This document shows, in pieces, positions 53,536-64,000 of a stretch of 64,000 nucleotides of DNA. Positions within the stretch are counted from its first letter, which is position 1. Each line of letters starts with the position of its first letter. Made by a program: the position numbers and the translations under genes. A model generated the notes under the pieces. It searched no databases. It was given only the letters and a program-made list of their open reading frames with translations, and was not told the DNA's origin. Origin of the DNA: the human T2T-CHM13v2.0 reference genome, Homo sapiens; NCBI RefSeq assembly GCF_009914755.1, contig NC_060929.1; one strand, given 5' to 3'.

Positions 53536-54908
53536 AGCAACAATTGGTTTCTGATGCTGTCACAAAGGGCAGTGTGTAGGACTTTTTTCTTTTTCTAAAT
53601 CTTAAAAGGAGATGCCTGACTGTCTGTCTCAGTAAACACTTTGTGTATCCCTGTGAAGGCCTGTGAAAGAGCTGCTGATAAAGTTTTATGTCTTCTAGTT
53701 CTTTGTAGATCCCACTATGGCTGAGATTGACTGAGAAATCCACAATGTTGAAAACGAGAACACTAAGCTCCTTCTCTGAGACACTGACTCTGGCCAGTCC
53801 AACTTACTCAGAGATAAGATGAGACCAAAACACGTAATGAATGAACAAGAAATGATCCTTTGGAATTTTAGTTATTTGAGCAGCTTAGTTTAGAGAATTC
53901 CTTCTTCCTTTTCAGACAAGCAGTTCACACGCCCTAAGTGGAAAACCTGGAACCAGAGTGAAGACTAGATAAGGCAGCTTTTCTCCTGAGGGAGGGAGGA
54001 GGGGGCATAATGAGGCCATGTAGTTGACATTGGTATTGTGTAGCTGAGCTGACACAGAATACAGCAGAGTATCCCCCTGACTATTCCTATTTCAAAGATA
54101 TATAATACTTTCACCACCTCCTTTTCACTATTTTTTATATCTGGATGGGACATATTAAGTGGCCTCACAGTGTAATGAGTTTCAATGTCCTCCTGACAAT
54201 GTGATTAAAACTTATTTTTTTTTAAAGAGAGAAATCTTTGATTTGTACTAACAGTTCTAAATTATACTTGGCAGCATCAGATTCCTAAAGCATCGGCACA
54301 CCTGGGAAGATTCACTATTTCTGTACTAGAACTCATTCCTAAACAGCAAGTACATTCAAAAGAACTTTGTTTATGTAGGCTTGGGCATAACTTTGTTGTT
54401 GTTTGGTGCTTTTTGGGTGACATTTCCCTAGAAAAATAGGCAGTATTCCAGTGTCCCTTTCCCAACCTGTACTAAAAGTTTCAGAGAGAGATATAAACAC
54501 AATGCATTCTATGTAGACAAAATATGGTGAGTTGCCTCTGACCACACAGGTAACGGCAACATTTAAGTAAAAGGGGGCTTTAGGAGCTAGAATTGGAAAA
54601 TGCCTAGGAATGGATATCTCCTTTCAATTTTAGCAGTTAAGTTTCATGGCCCTCATAGTGATAAATATTATCAAGACCCATTTAATTCTGCAAATCTCAA
54701 GAATTCTATGAAACACCCCCCATCCCTGTATATTTAAGAAAAGTTATGAAGTCGGTGTAGTCCATATTAACCTTTTAGAGCCCTCAGTACTTTATTTCAA
54801 GGCTTGCTTTAAACAGCCTTTCTTTAAGATGCTATAGAACTAAGTACTTCATCTTGGCAGCAATTTTAGCAATGCAATTTTATATTCATGCATGTATTGA
54901 CTTAAATT

Positions 54909-55160
54909 AGACATTGAGTATCCTTAATCCAAAAATCTGAAATATGAAAGGCTCCAAAATCCAAATCAATTTGAGTGCTGGCGTGACACTCAAATACAAT
55001 GCTCACTGGAGCACTTCAGATTTTGGATTAGGGAGGCTCAACTGCTAAGTATGGTAATATACTACTTACAAATATATTGCAAATATTCTAAAATCTGAAA
55101 CAATCTGAAATTCAAAACATTTCTGGTCTAAAGCATGTCAGATTTGCGATACACAATCTA
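54909..55160. mobile_element. Tigger4a/MER46A (TcMar-Tigger) MITE
   Basis: ttgagtatccttaatccaaaaatctgaaat...gctccaaaatc...aatgctcactggagca...ttggattaggga...gcaaatattctaaaatctgaaa. Confidence 0.8.
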
Positions 55161-55184
55161 TATATCTATCTCTCTCACCTCAAT

Positions 55185-55320
55185 AAAGGAGGCCAGGGAT
55201 ATTGTATATTGCTATTCACTATTAGATCTTTAGAGCTTATTACGATACCTGGTAAAAGATTAGTGTTCAATAACAATTTAATGAACAAATACATTCCTGA
55301 GTGAATGAATGAATGAACAA
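55185..55320 (+). mobile_element. L2 3' end
   Basis: ccagggatattgt...tattcact...acctgg...gtgttcaataa...(gaat)n. Confidence 0.55.
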
Positions 55321-55470
55321 TTAGCTCAATCCTAATGTTCCCTGACTCCAAGCTGCCAAGAGTCAGGTTATGTTATCCTCTCCTGAACTGACCCAATGTA
55401 TTGATTGTTGATATGCTGACAAGGTATTAATAATTTAGCAATGACACAGTTAGGTTAATTTTCATTTGCC

Positions 55471-55630
55471 AGAGGGAGGGAGGAAAAGAGGAAAGCAGAG
55501 AAAGAAGGGAGGGAAAAACAGAGGGAAGGAGGAAGGAGAAGGACAGAGAGAAGGATAAAGAGAGAGATGAGGGGAGAGCTGAGATGGGAAAGATGAGAGA
55601 GGAAGACAGATGGGAGAAAGAGAATGAGAG
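55471..55630. repeat. GA-rich polypurine tract
   Basis: About 160 bp of mostly A/G. Confidence 0.85.
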
Positions 55631-56004
55631 TGAATGAATGCCTAGGGTATGATTAAAGTAAAGGAATGGATGAATAAGGCAGAATGAGAAGCATCAATTG
55701 GAGAACCAGTAGTTTAAGGAATGGGATCCTAAATTCACTTCAATATGTTTAGTTAGTAGACAACCTATTTACAACAATAAAGCCTGGATATCATGTATAT
55801 TATTAATATAACACCATATCTAATTCTCTGTAGCAATGATTTGTTAACAGTCTAAATATGAATAAGCCCCAATTTTCCATAAGGCCAGGCTATTTCTTGC
55901 TTTTTAGACTAAGGGGTTTTAGAATAAGGGTCTGTTAATCTGGTCCCTCCAAAATCAGTGTCTTTTCTAAGTAAGAAGTCAGCTATCTTCCAAATCAGCA
56001 CAGA

Positions 56005-56150
56005 GCCACTGTACCACTAAGTGACTGAATGATCTTGAACAAATCACCTTACCTCCTTGATTTTGATTCCCTATAGTTGTAAAGACGGAAATATTAATAT
56101 TGACCTTATTTAACAAGGTGATTGTGAATTGAAGTGAGATACGTAAAGCC
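56005..56150 (+). mobile_element. MIR-like fragment
   Basis: ccactaag...tgatcttgaacaaatcac...gtgattgtgaattgaagtgagat. Confidence 0.5.
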
Positions 56151-57186
56151 TAAAGAATTATCATGTTAATTTTTAAATATTTGAGTCAAAATTATAATTT
56201 AATAACAGAAAAACACTTGGGTGTTGCCTGCATAATTAGGCATCCATTCTTTAAAATAAAGAGGCCTTGTTTACTTATCTGAGAGGGTTGTGGAAGGCTC
56301 AAATGAAATAATATCCATGAAAGTCCTTCACCTACCTACAACTGTGATTATTTGATATCCCAGAATAATTTTCCCACAAAAAAATGCTCTTATGTTCTCT
56401 CTGGCAGCATAGATACCAAAACTGGAACAAAACATACTTTCACCACAGAAATTCATGAGTGGTACATAGCAACGTGCTTATTTCAGCATATTCTTACATC
56501 AACAATGTGAAATTACAAAAGAATTTGAACTTTGTGAAACATTATTATGCTTTCTAAATTGTAGCCGTAAGTTTAGAAAAAGCAACATGCAATGCTATCT
56601 TAAAAATATTTACATAAAGTTAATAATTGAAATCCTATGGACTAATTTCATTAACTAGTTCTATAAGGCAAAAACATAATTTGAAAATAATGATGATTTG
56701 AAATACAAGTATGCAATCAGTTTCTTCAAAAATACATGTAATTTAATTACCCTGGAAGCTATCTTTTAAATTGGGCAAAAATATCCACAATGTGTCACAA
56801 ATGCCATATTTCTGCTCACAGCAATGATTTAGTCATGCTGCTTGCCAGAGCTAAAACTCCTCATAAAGGCTAAGAGTACCCTCACAACAGTCCAGTTACT
56901 CATTATTTAGAATTCTGGATATAAAATTGTCAACTTCCAGTTATTTAGTGGGATAAAGATTTAGTGAAATAAAGTATGGAAACATTGCAAAGAAGTGACA
57001 GAGACTCAAAATGTTCTTCTACCTCAAACCACCTCCCTATGTGACCTCCAAAATGGAGATGCGTTATAAAATCACCATTTTAGCCCACCCAATAGGGCAG
57101 CTGACTGAATCATCAATGTGGAAGCTAAAATCATGGCCTAGGAAAGCAAGCACATTGCAAAACAAGTCAGCACAGTAAACAGAATT

Positions 57187-57211
57187 CACACACACACACA
57201 CACACACACAC
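57187..57211. repeat. (CA)12 microsatellite
   Basis: Direct reading. Confidence 0.95.
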
Positions 57212-57751
57212 TCACAATCTTGCTCATCAGATGGCCTTCAGCAAAAAATATACTTTAGAGACTGAAAATAGTCCCTTGAAACAACAACAGAAAACATTCT
57301 ATAAAACCTTACTCTATGAATGTTTTAACTAATCTGAAAGACCACATTTATTTTGCAATTACAAAGATAGAAAGTTTATGAGAGGCAAAGACAGGACAAC
57401 TTGTGACACTCTGCCACCTCCACCTATTTTCCAAAGTCTGTTGTAACTGTTTGCACCAATTCCATATTTTAAATGCCTGAAATAGCCCTCGGTCTCCTTC
57501 CAGGCTGTTAGCATATTCCTTTTATTGCCAGATTATTTCTTCCCTAAATATCTCTCGCGAAGAGTTAGAGAGTTAGAGATGAGACTAAGAGGGTGGCAGC
57601 ATAACTGAGAAAAGATGCTGTCAATGCTTCCCTCAACCAAATTTAGTTGGGCTAGCAGAACCTTTGCAGGGCCTGTGGTCTGGACATGAGCCAGGACTGG
57701 AGGCCTCTGCGTAAGAACCTTAAAGCAGAGTCCAGTCTAGCTGGATTCTCA

Positions 57752-57904
<153 letters not shown>

Positions 57905-58034
57905 TTAAATCTAAGTATCAAAGAAGAGACTGTGATTTACCCTAAGTACTAATGAAAATGACTGATGCAACTTTGGATAACCATATTCCTTTATGAATCT
58001 CACACTGATTCAGAAGATAGAGACTGGACTAAAT

Positions 58035-58175
58035 CTGCATTTCCCAAAGTATGGTCCATTATCTACTTGTATCAAAATAATCTGAGAGGGTTTCTTCAAA
58101 AGGCACTTCTCATGCCTCCAGCATGTGTTGGGGAGAGGTGGAGTGGTGCCAAGACTCTATTTCACAAGCATCACT
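58035..58175. mobile_element. MER5-like fragment
   Basis: tttcccaaagtatggtcc...tatcaaaataatctg...tatttcacaagc. Confidence 0.4.
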
Positions 58176-59129
58176 GCTGACTGAGAATGTGGGCAAAGAA
58201 TATTCCCATTTCTCTCACATTTATTTTCTTCTCCTTTCCTCAAGATCAGAAACATGTAATCTATCAATCTTAGTTTTGATCCATCATTTTTCACCTTTCT
58301 ATACATAGTATAGTATTTTGCAGTGCTTTAATATAACACACAATCAGCCATTTATCTATACCTGATTTTGGTATTTTATCTATACCTGATTTCTGTCCTG
58401 AGTAATCTGATGTTTTCATGATCCCCTAGACAATATACTCCTATGGGATGGCATAGTTATATATTTAGAACACTTAGTACCTTTATTATGTTACCACTAA
58501 TAAATAAATACGTTCCTTCAATTTGTCTTTATATTTGTCATGATTTTTTACTAATCTTTCTATTGACCTTCTAGAAGCCAAAAAATATATACATTTAGAG
58601 TTTATATATATATATATATGAGTTATCAAGGTATGTTTTCTGATTAATGAGGCATCATAGGATCATGAAAGAACACAAGTTTTAAAACATTCCAAATGTA
58701 GGTATGAGTTCCATTTTTTAGTAAAAACTCCAACAGAGTACTTGGCACATAGTAGACCCTTTAAAAATTTCCATCTGCTGAGGGAAATTAAAAGTAGAAA
58801 CTAACGTTGAATCTGATCAACTTTAGCTTACTGTAGTGTGAGGGGCACTATACTATGTGTTGGGAACACAGAAGTAAGATATAGCTCCAGCTTGGGAGAA
58901 ACGATCTATAGCTAGACATTTTTATTTAAAAAGTCTTGGACAAAATCTAAACCGTAACCCAGGTAGACTGAGCCTATGGAATTCCTGAGTCAGGTGTGGG
59001 AGTCTCACTCCTCAGGTGCAGAATGGAAACATGTGATTAACTTGAAGTAAGTCATTCTTGGCTCTTTTGTTTGATTTCTGTTACATTAAGGTTTGTGCTC
59101 TGTTAATTCTGTAAGTCTCCTAGAGCTGA

Positions 59130-59976
59130 CATTTGTCCCAATTCCTTCATTTCTTTCCCCAAGTCCTGTTGGCTCTGCTGCACCGATTCCTTACCATCTC
59201 CACTGCCTCCCCTCTGAGTCTACATCCCCGATGCCTTACATCCAAATCACTGCAGGAGCTTGGTCTCCCAGCCACTCTATTCACTGCCCCACTAAACATT
59301 ATCCACACAACCGTCAGATCTTTTAAAAACATAAATTAGATCTTTTCACTCCTCTGCCTAACATTTTCAATGGCTCTTCCAAGATGAGCCAGAGTCCTGG
59401 CTATAGCCAGTATCTGGAGTACTCTAGTCCTTTCCTTCCTTCCCAGTATCATCTCACTCCATGTCCTCAATCAATATCTTTCGGCCTTCTTACTTGTTCT
59501 CTCTGCCTAGAACACGTGTCTCCCTGATCTTTATAGAGCCCTTGCTCCTGATCCCTCAGTTAAAAATGACCTTTTCTGAGAGTCCCTTTCCAAGCAGCCC
59601 ACCCAAAGTGGTTGCCTTAACTAATGCTCCATCTTATCTTTCTGTTTATTTCCTTCAAGCAGTCACCAAAATCTGAAATTATTTTGCTTATTTATGGCTT
59701 GTCTGTTTTTAGAGACAGGTTCTTTCTTTGTTGTCCAGGCTGGAATGCATTGGCACAATCTCAGCTCACTGCAGCCTCAACCTCCTGGTCTCAAGCAATC
59801 CTCTCACATCCTCCCAGAGTGCTGGGATTACAGACATGAGCCACTGCACTCCCTTATTTATGTTTTATAAGAATCTGTCTTCCAATAAAGTTTAAGCTGT
59901 TTAAGGGCACAGACTTTGTTCTATTTGCTGTTAAGGAACTCAATAAGTATATGATGGATGAATAAATAAATAAATT
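59130..59976 (+). mobile_element. L2 3' fragment split by an Alu monomer
   Basis: caagtcctgttggctct...tggtctccc...gatcttttaaaaacataaattagatc...tttcaatggct...agggcacagactttg...gaataaataaat. Confidence 0.75.
59697..59852 (-). mobile_element. Monomeric AluJ-type hybrid (FRAM-like)
   Basis: Right-arm gagacagg...gctcactgcagcctcaacctcctgg joined to left-arm ctcccagagtgctgggattacag...gagccactgcac; TSD cttatttatg at 59687-59696 and 59853-59862. Confidence 0.8.
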
Positions 59977-60951
59977 TATAAAGATGCCAGGAGTTGGTTT
60001 TGCTCATTGTAAGTCTTTCTATTAATATTTGGAAGATTATTTTATTACATTATTTCTCTTTTTTTAATTTAAAATTAGAATGTGTCTTAGGTTGTAGAGG
60101 TTCTTTTTATATTTTAACAATAGATACATTTTAATTAATTTAATTAAGATTACATAAATAGTACCAGAGTTTATCTTATCAACTTCATTGTTTATGTTTT
60201 CAATGGGATTTACCAAATTCTTATATTCTATAAATTCTATTAAAAGTTACATTCGCATTTTATTGTTCACTCAAGGTCAAAAAATTATAACTTATTTTGG
60301 CTCTGTGACACTTGGCTAAATTTCTCACTGGTCCACTGATGTTTTTTGTTTTTTAGTTTGGTTTTACATGTACATTCTGAATTGCCAGTAATATACAGAG
60401 ATCTTTACTATAGAGAGCAGGCATTTTCAACAGAAATAAAATTAGGTACATGATGGGCATATTAAACACCAATGCTATTTATGTAAAATGGCAGAAATAA
60501 TCCTGTCTTGAGAAACTAGAGAAAATTAACCTCATCTGATAGAATGAACACAAAAGATATGAAAGTTACAAGGACAAGGGCATATATACAATTAAAAAAA
60601 GAGAGAGAGCCAAGTATAGAAGCCTTGATTGTGTTAATGAGTGAAGTTTGCAATTGCTACTAGAGATTGTGGCTCACACTTTCTGCTGATACATGTTCAC
60701 GGCAACTAGCATCCGTGAACTGGTGCTGGAAACACCAAGAAAAATATGTTGGCTAATGCTACTGCAGGAGCAATGAGTTCTACTCATGTTTTAAAAATAA
60801 ATTAGAAGAAAGTGTTTTCCTCACAAACACATTCCTATTTAGTCCAGCATTTTACTGTTGTTTTAATGATATAATACACTTCATAAAGCTAAAAGACATT
60901 TATAATGTCTTCTAGTCAATATTTACAAAGCATTTGTAAGTGTCTTCTATT

Positions 60952-61120
60952 GGATTAGAACAGAAACTTTGGAGCCAAAATAGTCCACTTGGAGTCCTGA
61001 TCATATGGTCGATGATGAGTAACAGACAAGTCATTGTATTCTCTGACACTTAGTTGCCTCATCCTGAAAATTTCAATGAAAACTTGCCACCTTACTTTGC
61101 TGTGATATAACAAAAGTAGG
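60952..61120 (+). mobile_element. MIR, degenerate
   Basis: ctttggagccaaa...acaagtcatt...tctctga...agttgcctcatc. Confidence 0.5.
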
Positions 61121-62386
61121 AATGTTTTTAACTCATAAACTGTTATGCAACTTTTTTTATAGTTATTACTACCTGCTAACGTGTAGATACTGTGATAACT
61201 CATTTTACTAGAAGTTATTTGGCAGTATGAGTACATGTTTATATACATAAAGACATGTGGAATACCCATACACTTACATTATAAACAAGGCAGAGATATC
61301 AAGATGGATGTAAATAGCTTCCCAACACATAAATATGCAAAATAAATAATTACTCCCTACATATACATGGAATTCTATGCAACAAAATATAGATATACAA
61401 CAAACTTGCATCTTTCCAGGTGTGTTATGAGATCAGGAGCCACATCTGTTCTGTCATACTTATATCTCAAGCCCTTTGATAAGTACCTGGCACATGCTAC
61501 CAACCCCAAATAAAAAATATTAATTATTATTATAATAATAAAAAAAATATAACAATAAATAAAACAAAGGGAGGGATCAATAAACATAAGCATCCCAAAG
61601 CTAAGGATTTTGATGCAATTATCTATATTTAGTAAGTGCCTTATTTAACTCATGTAAAAACTCTCAAATATATTTGGAAGTTAAAATATAGAAGAAGCTG
61701 TCCTGGAATTAATCTATTCCAAAAAGCTCAGGAATAAACATCTAAATCTGTTGTTTGAGACTTTTTGATTTATAACAGAGCTGTTTCTACAGGAAGAAGT
61801 CAATACAATAAACACAGTTAATGAGCTTTTCATGAACATGTCTTTCTGAGTCATGACAAACATGCTTAATGGACCTTAAATAACTCAACGCCACTACTAG
61901 GTGTCTTTGAAGTGAGGCTAGTACATCATTATGCAGGTATCCTGATTAATTTTTAAGACCATTGTGAAACAGCTCTGTCTTCAATCAAAGGAAAGAGTCA
62001 ATGATGCCTCAAGAATGTGTCTTATTTATCCGTAGTAAGTCGTCTATAGTTAAAAGTGGAAATGTGCCTTCTGTAGGGTAAATTCTATTGTATGATGAAG
62101 ACCACCCTTGGGAAACATCAATATTCTCACTGGACTAAGAGATATTTGGGTAAATGTTTTACTACTTAGCCATTGGGAAATATTATCCAAAAATGAATTG
62201 TATTGTAAAATATTAACACAGAGCAAGAAAACAAATACATAGCACAGCCTAAACAGTCACTCAAGGCACCTATAAAATCAAGAAATGCAACAAGTAAGCC
62301 AGGATTTTGTACCAAAGCCATACGAAATATTTTATAGTGTCATTACCTGAGATTTATTGATGCTAACATAGTATTCCAAGTTTGGG

Positions 62387-62700
62387 TTTTTTGTTTGTTT
62401 GCTTTTGTTTTTTGTTTTGAGATGGAGTTTTGCTCTTTTGCCCAGGCTGGAATAAAGTGATGCTATCTCAGCTCACTGCAACCTCCACCCCCTGGGTTCA
62501 AGGGATTCTCCTGCCTCAGCCTCCCTAGTAGCTGGGATTATAGGCAACTGCCACCACACCCAGCTAATTTTTGTATTTTTAGTAGAGATGGGGTTTCGCT
62601 ATGTTGGCCAACCTGGTCTCAAACTCCTGACCTCAGGTGATCCACTCGCCCCAGCCTCCCAAAGTGCTAGGATTACAGGCGTGATCCACCGCACCCGGCC
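62387..62700 (-). mobile_element. AluSq-like full-length Alu
   Basis: gagatggagttttgctctt...ctcctgacctcaggtgatcc...cacccggcc; TSD ccaagtttg at 62376-62384 and 62701-62709. Confidence 0.9.
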
Positions 62701-62709
62701 CCAAGTTTG

Positions 62710-63037
62710 TTTTTGTTTTGTTTTGTTTTGTTTTGTTTTGTTTTGTTTTGTTTTGAGACTGGGTCTCACTCTGTCATCCACGCTGGAGGGCAGTGGAATG
62801 ATCTCAGCTCACTGCAACCTCCACTCCCCAGGTTCAAGCAATCCTCCTACCTGAGCCTTGTAAGTAGCTGGAACTACAGGTGTGTACCACCATACTTGGC
62901 TAACTTTTTAAATTTTTTGTAGAGACAAGGTCTCACTATATTGTCCAGGCAGGTCTTGAATTCCTGTGCTCAAGGAATCCTCTCATCTCGGCCTCCCTAA
63001 GTGTTGAGATTGCAGAGATGAGCCACCATGCCCAGCC
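62710..63037 (-). mobile_element. AluJ full length with a (TTTTG)n tail
   Basis: gggtctcactctgtc...agagacaaggtctcactatattg...ctcaaggaatcctc; outer TSD ag(t/c)attccaagtttgg at 62370-62385 and 63038-63053. Confidence 0.9.
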
Positions 63038-63391
63038 AGCATTCCAAGTTTGGATATGACATCTGGATCCAAGTTTGATAATGACCAAAGATAGCCATTA
63101 ATCAATAACAAATGACTTTGCCAGCCAATACGAAAACCTCAGAATCATAATCAAGGTGACATAACTTGGGCCTTTCAGTAGACTCCTTAAGAGGGGCTTC
63201 AGGACTAGAATATATGTTCAAACATGTGACTAAACATGTGAGAATCTTGTTAGGATTTTAACCAGAAATTATAAGAAAGTGACTTTGAACTTCTACCTTG
63301 TTTGATTTCTTTATATAAGCAACCATCCAATTATTCCACGAGAAAAAAAAAATTTAAACATCTTTGAATGTTTAAAAAAATTAGATGCCTT

Positions 63392-63493
63392 GGCTGAGGC
63401 AGGAGAATGGCGTGAACCCGGGAGGCGGAGCTTGCGGTGAGCCGAGATCGCGCCGCTGCACTCCAGCCTGGGCGGCAGAGCCAGACTCCGTCT

Positions 63494-63542
<49 letters not shown>
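63392..63542 (+). mobile_element. Very young 5'-truncated AluY-type insertion (right arm only)
   Basis: ggagaatggcgtgaacccgggaggcggagcttgc (Y diagnostics); pure A55 run 63495-63549; perfect 18-bp TSD aaaaaaattagatgcctt at 63374-63391 and 63543-63560; TT/AAAA endonuclease site. Confidence 0.95.
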
Positions 63543-63551
<9 letters not shown>

Positions 63552-64000
63552 AGATGCCTTAACCCTAACTATATTCAAAACATATTGTTGTAATACACAG
63601 CATGCTTTTACTTTGCTCAAAATGTGCATTTACATAAAAGCACAATTTATTCTAATTACAAAGAATAAAGACATTCTCCAGCATTAGTGGGCATCAGTTA
63701 CTAAAGAAAAATTAACATGTTAAAAAGGCCAATTATAAAAAATATATTGATATATATTTTTGCAAACTACAAAGCAAACTAATATAAAAACTTCAGCTAG
63801 TGGGGGGAAAGATCTAATTGCTGAATTTAAGCATTAGAGTATGAACTAAACTTCTGAAAATTCTACAGAGCTCACCTGAGTCTTTTCCTCCAACGTCACT
63901 TCAAAAAATTCTTACTTTCAAATTCTCCAAGAAGACTTGATGTTATTCTGTGTCTCACAACCATTTTAGTTAGAAAATGGAAATAATATCTTACTTATAT

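Noticed and set aside
57040-57115. TATA-, CCAAT- and YY1-like motifs
   Set aside because: The motif order is not promoter-like, there is no CpG island, and such motifs are common in AT-rich DNA
63311-63687. Poly-Lys/poly-Phe ORFs
   Set aside because: Translation of the AluY body and poly-A tail

Overview
AT-rich, CpG-depleted primate genomic DNA, probably catarrhine/hominoid since it carries AluJ, AluS, AluY and L1PA elements. It is intergenic or deep-intronic. I find no credible protein-coding gene, RNA gene, CpG island or CRISPR array. The ORFs I can explain come from microsatellites, Alus, L2 or dead L1 ORF2; the rest are short with no recognisable homology. The window is a layered fossil record of repeats: L2, MIR, L1M/HAL1, hAT and Tc-mariner MITEs, MaLR/ERVL solo LTRs, one 5'-inverted L1PA and 13 Alu elements. 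I see no novel multi-gene system. The most notable signals are mechanistic: (i) a very young, 5'-truncated AluY with an A55 run, an 18-bp perfect TSD and three A>G changes but no CpG transitions, possibly an ADAR-edited RNA template or an uncommon subfamily; (ii) a hybrid Alu monomer bracketed by a 33-bp inverted repeat, plus other near-perfect palindromes suggesting template-switch mutation; (iii) a twin-primed L1PA inserted in an Alu linker; (iv) re-use of target sites by MER5 and Alu elements. Repeat names are assigned by eye against remembered consensus sequences, and boundaries of old repeats are approximate.
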